Shown: piece by piece, positions 17,920 through 24,000 of the stretch
Layout: every line of letters begins with the position of its first letter
Numbering within the stretch: position 1 is the first letter of the stretch
From: Sneathiella glossodoripedis JCM 23214
GTDB taxonomy: Bacteria; Pseudomonadota; Alphaproteobacteria; Sneathiellales; Sneathiellaceae
Length of the DNA stretch: 24,000 nt
Direction: 5' to 3'
Assembly (NCBI RefSeq): GCF_000616095.1
Contig: NZ_BAMS01000002.1
Coordinates: forward strand, 462,452-486,451
Notes under the pieces: model-generated
The model's input: the letters and a program-made list of their open reading frames with translations, nothing else
What the model was told of the DNA's origin: nothing
Databases searched by the model: none
Program-made: the position numbers and the translations under genes

Positions 17920-19587
17920 TCACAGAATGGCAGGTAGATTGAGTTCATGCTCTCTTGCACATTCTTTGGCGATTTCGTAGCCGGCATCAGCGTGACGCAT
18001 GACACCTGTGGCTGGATCATTCCAGAGAACCCGCTCAATCCTTTTTGCTGCATCCTCTGTACCATCACAGCAGATCACAACCCCGGAATGCTGGCTGAAA
18101 CCCATGCCAACGCCCCCGCCATGGTGAAGGCTGACCCATGTTGCGCCTGAAGCCGTGTTGAGCAAGGCGTTCAGAAGGGGCCAGTCAGAAACCGCGTCCG
18201 AGCCATCCTGCATGGCTTCAGTTTCCCTGTTTGGTGAGGCAACTGAGCCAGAATCCAGATGATCACGGCCAATGACAACAGGGGCTGATAGCTCACCGGT
18301 TTTGACCATTTCATTAAATGCCAGTCCCAATCGATGACGATCACCAAGGCCAACCCAACAAATTCGGGCGGGAAGCCCTTGAAACTCAATACGCTCTTGA
18401 GCCATATCCAGCCATTTATGCAGCGCCGGGTTATCAGGGATCAGCTCTTTAACCTTGGCATCTGTTTTACGGATGTCTTCCGGATCACCTGACAAAGCTG
18501 CCCAACGAAATGGCCCGATCCCACGGCAGAATAAGGGGCGAATATAGGCAGGGACAAATCCCGGAAAACTGAAAGCGTTTTCTAACCCCTCTTCAAATGC
18601 GATCTGGCGGATATTGTTGCCATAGTCAACTGTTGGAATTCCCATCTCAGAAAAAGCAACCATCGCTTCCACATGCTTTTTCATTGATGCTCTGGCTTCT
18701 TTTTCAACCTGTTTTGGATTAGTTTGACGCGCTTCGTTCCATTGATTAACCGTCCAGCCTAATGGAAGATAGCCGTTAATTGGATCATGGGCAGAAGTCT
18801 GATCTGTGACCAAGTCGGGTCGCACACCACGTTTGACAAGTTCAGGAAAAATCTCAGCCGCGTTCCCCAGAAGACCAACAGACTTGGCTTCACCGGCTTC
18901 AGTCCAGCGCTTGATCATTTCAAGTGCTTCATCCAGATTGTCCGTTTTTTCGTCTACATATCTGGTTCTTTTACGAAAATCGATTTTTTCTTCGTTGCAT
19001 TCAACGGCGAGACAGCAAGCACCGGCCATTACTGCAGCAAGGGGTTGGGCTCCTCCCATTCCGCCAAGGCCTCCGGTTAATATCCACTTGCCAGCAAGAT
19101 TTCCACCAAAATGCTGACGTCCGGCCTCGACAAAGGTTTCGTAAGTCCCCTGAACAATTCCCTGACTGCCAATATAAATCCAGGAACCAGCTGTCATTTG
19201 TCCGTACATCATTAGTCCGGCTTTATCGAGCTTGTTAAAATGATCCCAGTTTGCCCAGTTTGGAACCAGATTAGAGTTCGCAATTAACACTCTGGGGGCA
19301 TCTTTATGCGTTTTAAAGACGCCAACGGCTTTACCGGATTGCACCAAAAGAGTTTGATCTTCATCAAGCTTTTTAAGTTCATCTGTAATGATATCGAAAT
19401 CTCGCCATGTCCGCGCAGCTCGGCCGATACCGCCATAAACCACAAGTTCGTTGGGGTTTTCAGCAACATCTGGATCAAGATTATTCATCATCATTCTCAG
19501 CGGGGCTTCTGTCAGCCAGGACTTTGCATTCAGCTCTGTTCCTCTGGGTGCCCGAATTTCGCGGATGTTATGACGGGGATTGTTCAT
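17920..19587 (-). CDS. hutU: urocanate hydratase
   Basis: The 555-aa ORF has typical urocanase sequence throughout ([18 protein letters not shown]-binding [20 protein letters not shown]). A GGAGA SD lies in the 26-nt spacer after hutH. Confidence 0.97.
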   Translation of the reverse strand: MNNPRHNIREIRAPRGTELNAKSWLTEAPLRMMMNNLDPDVAENPNELVVYGGIGRAARTWRDFDIITDELKKLDEDQTLLVQSGKAVGVFKTHKDAPRVLIANSNLVPNWANWDHFNKLDKAGLMMYGQMTAGSWIYIGSQGIVQGTYETFVEAGRQHFGGNLAGKWILTGGLGGMGGAQPLAAVMAGACCLAVECNEEKIDFRKRTRYVDEKTDNLDEALEMIKRWTEAGEAKSVGLLGNAAEIFPELVKRGVRPDLVTDQTSAHDPINGYLPLGWTVNQWNEARQTNPKQVEKEARASMKKHVEAMVAFSEMGIPTVDYGNNIRQIAFEEGLENAFSFPGFVPAYIRPLFCRGIGPFRWAALSGDPEDIRKTDAKVKELIPDNPALHKWLDMAQERIEFQGLPARICWVGLGDRHRLGLAFNEMVKTGELSAPVVIGRDHLDSGSVASPNRETEAMQDGSDAVSDWPLLNALLNTASGATWVSLHHGGGVGMGFSQHSGVVICCDGTEDAAKRIERVLWNDPATGVMRHADAGYEIAKECAREHELNLPAIL

Positions 19588-19613
19588 TTATCGTCTCCGA
19601 TTGGATTTAGAGA

Positions 19614-21149
19614 TTAAATTTTAAGCTCGAAAAGTGAGGGTAATCCGGCGGTCTGTACAATGGCCCCTTGCGCAACAAGGTCTGCTGCCTGTTCAAGATC
19701 ATTTGCCAGGTATCGATCTTCTGTAATTGCCGGAATTTTTGATCTGATTTTTTCAATGACTTCAGACAGTTGGTCGCTAGTCTTTAAAGGTGACCGCAAC
19801 TCAATTCCCTGTGCCGCTGCCAGCGCCTCAATTCCGAGGATATGCTCAAGATTGTCAGACATTTCGAGCAATCGGCGAGCACCGTGGCAGGCCATGGATA
19901 CATGATCTTCCTGATTGGCCGATGTTGGCGTAGAATCCACGGACGCCGGATGAGAGCGCTGCTTGTTTTCTGACATCAAGGCCGCTGAAGTGACTTCCGC
20001 AATCATAAGTCCGGAGTTTATGCCAGGTTCTGGGGATAAAAAGGCCGGTAGTCCGAAACTTAATGCAGGATCCACAAGAAGGGCGATACGACGCTGTGCA
20101 ATTGAGCCGATTTCTGCGATTGCGATCGCAATTTGATCAGCGGCGAAGGCCACTGGCTCAGCGTGAAAATTGCCACCAGATACGATAGATCCGTCAGAAA
20201 GGACAAGCGGGTTATCAGTAACAGCATTCGCCTCAATCTGAAGGGTCTTACCTGCTTGCCTGAGAAGATCGAAAACCGCTCCCATAACCTGGGGTTGGCA
20301 CCTGATGCAGTATGGATCCTGAACACGGCTGTCGCCCTCACGATGAGTTTCCCTGATCTGAGATCCTTCCATCAGAGTGCGTAAGGTTTTACCTGCTTCT
20401 ATTTGTCCCTGATGACAGCGAAGCAAATGGATTTCTTCGCGAAAAGGTGCAGAAGATCCCATGGCAGCATCTGTTGAAAGCGCTCCGGTAACAAGTGCCG
20501 ACTGCGCACAGTTCCAGGCCTTGAAAAATCCTGCCAGCGCAAGTGCCGTTGACGCCTGCGTTCCGTTAATTAAGGCAAGCCCTTCTTTGGGGCCAAGCGT
20601 TACAGGTTTCAGGCCTGCACTGGCAAGAGCAGCCTGTCCCGACATCCGCTCCCCTTGAAAAAATGCTTCACCTTCACCAATCATGACGGCTGCCATATGG
20701 GCGAGGGGGGCCAGATCACCAGAAGCGCCGACTGACCCTTGTGCAGGAATTAGCGGAATAACTCCGGTTTCGAGCATAAGTTCAATCTGTTCTATAATGC
20801 ACATTCGAACGCCGGATGCACCGCGTCCAAGTGACAGCAGTTTTAACGTCATAATGAGCCGCACAAGTGCAGGGTCAAGTGGCGAGCCAACCCCGCTGCA
20901 ATGAGACAGGATTAGATTGCGTTGTAGCGTTTGTGTATCGCTGGCCGGTATCTTAATGCTCGCCAGTTTTCCAAACCCTGTATTCACACCATAAATGGCT
21001 TCTTCACCAGCGGCGGCTTTTTCAATTAAGGCTGCGCTTTTCTCTACACCTGTGGTGACAATTCTATCCAGCTTTACTGAAGTATCAGACGAATAAACAG
21101 TAAAGAGATCCGAAAGCGTGGCTTCTCCGGGCACAAGTGTCAGCTTCAT
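19614..21149 (-). CDS. hutH: histidine ammonia-lyase
   Basis: The 511-aa ORF carries the MIO-forming triad in [15 protein letters not shown], and the remainder is typical HAL/PAL family sequence. Its start overlaps the hutI stop in an ATGA. Confidence 0.97.
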   Translation of the reverse strand: MKLTLVPGEATLSDLFTVYSSDTSVKLDRIVTTGVEKSAALIEKAAAGEEAIYGVNTGFGKLASIKIPASDTQTLQRNLILSHCSGVGSPLDPALVRLIMTLKLLSLGRGASGVRMCIIEQIELMLETGVIPLIPAQGSVGASGDLAPLAHMAAVMIGEGEAFFQGERMSGQAALASAGLKPVTLGPKEGLALINGTQASTALALAGFFKAWNCAQSALVTGALSTDAAMGSSAPFREEIHLLRCHQGQIEAGKTLRTLMEGSQIRETHREGDSRVQDPYCIRCQPQVMGAVFDLLRQAGKTLQIEANAVTDNPLVLSDGSIVSGGNFHAEPVAFAADQIAIAIAEIGSIAQRRIALLVDPALSFGLPAFLSPEPGINSGLMIAEVTSAALMSENKQRSHPASVDSTPTSANQEDHVSMACHGARRLLEMSDNLEHILGIEALAAAQGIELRSPLKTSDQLSEVIEKIRSKIPAITEDRYLANDLEQAADLVAQGAIVQTAGLPSLFELKI

Positions 21150-22357
21150 TTTTCATCTCCGCGATACATACTGTGTAGGGGGTTAAAACCTGCCCGGTAT
21201 GCCAACTCTGCAGGATGTTCAGCATCCCAAATAGCGAAACTGGATTTTTTGCCCGCTTTTATTGCGCCGAAATCTTTTTCAATTCCCAGTGCCTTGGCAG
21301 CATTGAGTGTAATCCCTTTGAGGGCTTCTTCTGGGGTCAATCTGAACAGTGTACAGGCGAGATTAAGTATCAATAATAAAGAGCTCACAGGAGAGGAACC
21401 TGGATTGCAATCCGTTGCCAGCGCAATGGGCACCGAATAATCGCGAAGACTTTGAATGGGCGGCAATTTGTTTTCTCTTAGAAAATAGAATGCACCGGGC
21501 AGCAGGACAGCCACCGTTCCCGATGTCTTCATTGCAGCAACACCGTCTTCTTCCAGATATTCCAAATGGTCTGCGGACAATGCACCATATCGAGCTGCCA
21601 ATTCTGTTCCTTTGAGGTTGGATAATTGCTCAGCATGTATTTTTATATCCAGATCAAGGGATTTAGCTTTATTGAAAACCCGTTCAACCTGCGAAGGTGA
21701 GAAGGCGATCCCTTCACAAAATGCGTCTACAGCGTCAATTAGGCCCTCTTCATGTCCTATTTCCATACCTGGCAGCACAATCTGGTCGATATACTCATCG
21801 GATTTGTTTTCATATTCAGGGGGGATTGCATGGGCAGCCAAATAAGTTGTTTTAATGATCACTTCTCTGCGCTGCTGCAATTCACGTGCAGCACGCAACA
21901 TCTTCAATTCTTCCTCGGTAGTCAGCCCATATCCAGATTTTATCTCCACAACGGCTACGCCTTCGGCGATCAAACTGTCTAGTCGGGGCAGGGCGTCTTC
22001 AACCAGCTCTTCAACGGATTTACCGCGCGTTGCCTTGACTGTAGATATAATGCCACCACCGGCGCGGGCTATATCTTCGTAGCTGGCTCCTTGCAGTCGC
22101 ATTTCAAATTCGCGGGCCCGATTACCTCCATGCACCAGATGGGTATGGCAATCGATGAATGTCGGGGTAACCAAGCGGCCTTCAAGGTCAACTGCCTCAT
22201 ATTGGCGATATGCTTGTGGAATATCTTCAAATTCGCCAACCCACTGGATTTCTCCGTTGCTAACGGCAATGGCACCTTTTTCAACAAGTCCATATTGTTC
22301 AGCTATATCCTCGTCAAAGGTCACCAAACGACCATTTTTGAGCAATTGATTGGTCAC
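21146..22357 (-). CDS. hutI: imidazolonepropionase
   Basis: The track ORF extends to 22549, but its first 64 residues are low-complexity, AT-rich translation of the hutC-hutI promoter region. The in-frame GTG at 22357 is preceded by AAAGGAG with a 5-nt spacer. That start gives a 403-aa protein ([15 protein letters not shown]...) with the amidohydrolase metal motif [11 protein letters not shown]. Confidence 0.93.
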   Translation of the reverse strand: MTNQLLKNGRLVTFDEDIAEQYGLVEKGAIAVSNGEIQWVGEFEDIPQAYRQYEAVDLEGRLVTPTFIDCHTHLVHGGNRAREFEMRLQGASYEDIARAGGGIISTVKATRGKSVEELVEDALPRLDSLIAEGVAVVEIKSGYGLTTEEELKMLRAARELQQRREVIIKTTYLAAHAIPPEYENKSDEYIDQIVLPGMEIGHEEGLIDAVDAFCEGIAFSPSQVERVFNKAKSLDLDIKIHAEQLSNLKGTELAARYGALSADHLEYLEEDGVAAMKTSGTVAVLLPGAFYFLRENKLPPIQSLRDYSVPIALATDCNPGSSPVSSLLLILNLACTLFRLTPEEALKGITLNAAKALGIEKDFGAIKAGKKSSFAIWDAEHPAELAYRAGFNPLHSMYRGDEK

Positions 22358-22397
22358 AGCCACTCCTTTAGCATTTGCTATTATCTTACATATTGAT

Positions 22398-22415
22398 ATT
22401 ATGTACATACATAAT
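22398..22415. promoter_or_regulatory. candidate HutC operator (ATTATGTA-CA-TACATAAT, TGTA-N2-TACA type)
   Basis: This 18-bp inverted repeat has 8-bp arms and a 2-bp spacer, and it overlaps the perfect palindrome TATGTACATA. It lies 41 nt upstream of the proposed hutI start. On the minus strand it sits between a TTGACG -35 (22422-22417) and a TAATAT -10 (22401-22396). It matches the TGTA-N2-TACA HutC site that I recall from Pseudomonas work. Confidence 0.55.
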
Positions 22416-22527
22416 ACGTCAATAAAAAAGATTTCAATTTGTGTGTAAGGCTGTTTGTGGTTTTGATCAGGGTTGTTTTGTAATAAAACGCTTTGAAAAT
22501 TTAAAAATGAAGATTGGGTAGGGACAG

Positions 22528-23232
22528 GTGACAAAAACCCGGACTGCATCGTTTCAGGCGATTAAAACAGAAATTCTTGGCAAGATTAAAAACGGGTACT
22601 GGAATCCAGGCGATATCATTCCCGGCGAAGAAAGCCTCGCGGAAAGCTATGGATGTTCGCGTGTTACTGTAAACAGGGCACTTCGGGAACTGGCGGAGGA
22701 AGGGTTTGTTGAACGCCGCCGAAAATCCGGAACAAGAGTTTCTCTTAACACCAGCCGGGATGCACGGGTTCAAATCCCTATTGTGCGGGAAGAAATTGAA
22801 AATAAAGGCGCTACTTACCGGTATGAACTGATCTTGAATGAAGAAGTCGTCGCCCCAACTGATGTATGCCGTAAAATGAACCTGCAAAAAGGTGTAAAAG
22901 CACTGCATATCAAATGCTTACACTTGGCTGATGAAGTCCCTTATCAATTTGAAGATCGTTGGATCAACCTTGATCATGTACCGGCTGCACGAGAAACTGA
23001 TTTCTCTGAAGTGAGTCCTAATGAATGGCTGGTTCGAAAAGAGCCCTTTTCCGAAGCAGAACACACTTTTTCAGCCATGCTGGCCGACGAGGAAACAGCG
23101 AATATGCTGGAAATTGAAAAAGGCGATGCGTTATTTGTCGTTGAGAGACGGACATGGCGGGAAAAGAACTCTATCACATCTGTAAAATTATCGTTCCCCG
23201 GAGCGTCATATAAAATGACGACCCGGGGATAA
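22528..23232 (+). CDS. hutC: histidine utilization repressor, GntR/HutC family
   Basis: The 234-aa ORF has a GTG start. It has an N-terminal GntR winged helix-turn-helix ([40 protein letters not shown]) and a C-terminal UTRA effector domain. It is divergent from hutIHU. Confidence 0.9.
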   Translation: MTKTRTASFQAIKTEILGKIKNGYWNPGDIIPGEESLAESYGCSRVTVNRALRELAEEGFVERRRKSGTRVSLNTSRDARVQIPIVREEIENKGATYRYELILNEEVVAPTDVCRKMNLQKGVKALHIKCLHLADEVPYQFEDRWINLDHVPAARETDFSEVSPNEWLVRKEPFSEAEHTFSAMLADEETANMLEIEKGDALFVVERRTWREKNSITSVKLSFPGASYKMTTRG

Positions 23233-23294
23233 CTGACTAAGCGACAGATTGGAAATACGCTTTCAATATACTAACTGGTAATTACTCTAAAGCT

Positions 23295-23336
23295 GACTAC
23301 TAACTACTTGATACTAAACACTAAAGACTAAACACA
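23295..23336. repeat. short ACTAA-based tandem repeat in the hutC/nrdJ convergent spacer
   Basis: Three tandem heptamers, ACTAAAC ACTAAAG ACTAAAC, occupy 23313-23333 and are preceded by GACTACTAACTACTTGAT. Further exact ACTAA copies occur at 23236, 23270 and 23299. No strong hairpin is present. Confidence 0.6.
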
Positions 23337-23366
23337 GTTTAAAAAGTACGCTACTGACAGGGAGGA

Positions 23367-24000
23367 TTATGAACAGCCACTTGTTGAGCCGCATGTATCG
23401 CATTTCATACAAGTCCCGTTTCGAACCAGAGTGAAATTCCCGCATTCCGTACAGCTATCCCCTTCATAGCCTTTCATCCGCGCTTCCATAACTTTATCCG
23501 CTCTTGAACTGGAAGAACTGCTACTTGCTGCTGCTGACGTGGTGACAGTATTTGCGCTCGTGGCTACTCCGGCAGACGCGCTTCCACCCGCCATTGCGGA
23601 TTGCGCTTCAACAGCACCCGTCATTGTCATTCCGGAAAGTCCACCTTGTAACACTTCAAAGTTCTTGGATCTGATATATCCTGTTGAGGTGAGATTTATG
23701 ACGTTATCCAGTGCAGATGGGGCTTCAGCGACTTCATCCGATGCAATCTCAGCCTGTTCTTCTCCACCACCAATCGCGTCGATACGCAAATCATCAACAT
23801 CAACATGTGCAAGATCATTGCGACCCAGATAAGAAATAGCGAGTTCACGGAATAGATAATCCAGAATTGAAGTGGACATCTTGATGGCATCATTGCCCTC
23901 AACAATTCCGGAAGGTTCAAATCGTGTAAACGTATAGGCCTCAACGAATTCCTCAAGCGGTACGCCATATTGCAAGCCAATCGATATGGCGATTGCAAAA
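23367..24000 (-). CDS. nrdJ: vitamin B12-dependent (class II) ribonucleotide reductase, C-terminal fragment; the gene continues beyond the window
   Basis: The frame is open to the window edge (…[60 protein letters not shown]). An Ala/Ser/Thr-rich linker follows, then a terminal Cys-rich module (CTEC...CMKCDTC...GCS) characteristic of long NrdJ proteins. Confidence 0.9.
   Translation of the reverse strand, partial: FAIAISIGLQYGVPLEEFVEAYTFTRFEPSGIVEGNDAIKMSTSILDYLFRELAISYLGRNDLAHVDVDDLRIDAIGGGEEQAEIASDEVAEAPSALDNVINLTSTGYIRSKNFEVLQGGLSGMTMTGAVEAQSAMAGGSASAGVATSANTVTTSAAASSSSSSSRADKVMEARMKGYEGDSCTECGNFTLVRNGTCMKCDTCGSTSGCS

Noticed and set aside
22358-22549. 64-residue N-terminal extension of hutI in the ORF track ([18 protein letters not shown]...)
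   Set aside because: It is low-complexity translation of the AT-rich hutC/hutI promoter region, overlaps the hutC start and contains the operator palindrome. An in-frame GTG at 22357 with an AAAGGAG SD gives a normal-length imidazolonepropionase.
23369-23434. 21-codon plus-strand ORF ([21 protein letters not shown]) preceded by AGGGAGGA, antisense to the nrdJ stop region
   Set aside because: The SD-like string is only 3 nt from the ATG. The ORF lies entirely antisense to the conserved Cys-rich NrdJ tail, so its sequence is dictated by nrdJ. There is no independent support for it. It would only be worth revisiting if ribosome profiling showed occupancy.
1-24000. Mobile elements, CRISPR arrays, prophage genes, toxin-antitoxin pairs or defence islands
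   Set aside because: Every ORF of credible size has a housekeeping or common accessory assignment. Intergenic regions are all under 200 nt. No terminal inverted repeats, spacer-repeat periodicity or integrase/transposase-like translations were seen in any frame.

Overview
This window looks like ordinary core chromosome from a moderately AT-rich alphaproteobacterium. The taxonomic call is an inference from the HdaA-type DnaA paralog, the hdaA-ppk-ppx / rnd / aspS gene order and a long NrdJ with a Cys-rich tail. Gene order: epoxide-hydrolase-like alpha/beta hydrolase, rpsD, an orphan family-3 solute-binding protein, a TerC-family membrane protein, purN-purM (minus strand), a DUF2066-like exported protein, a PgsA-like CDP-alcohol phosphatidyltransferase, an AI-2E/PerM permease, hdaA, a DUF2147-like exported protein, ppk1, ppx, rnd (minus strand), aspS, a PAS / degenerate-GGDEF / EAL protein, hutU-hutH-hutI (minus strand), divergent hutC, and the 3' end of nrdJ, which runs off the window. 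I found no rRNA, tRNA, CRISPR array, transposase, integrase, phage, toxin-antitoxin or recognisable defence genes. I do not see a convincing novel system here. The most notable observation is technical or evolutionary: five genes (TerC, purN, ppx, rnd, the EAL gene) are each interrupted by what looks like one missing base, and conserved family motifs resume in the shifted frame. Smaller items: a TGTA-N2-TACA inverted repeat that fits a HutC operator inside the hutI promoter; a hut cluster lacking hutF/hutG and a transporter; a possible Pho box upstream of ppk; the purMN / DUF2066 / CDP-alcohol transferase / permease / hdaA neighbourhood, which I recall as conserved and whose logic is unexplained; and an ACTAA-rich repeat in the hutC/nrdJ spacer. 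All homology calls come from reading the translations by eye, and no searches were run.
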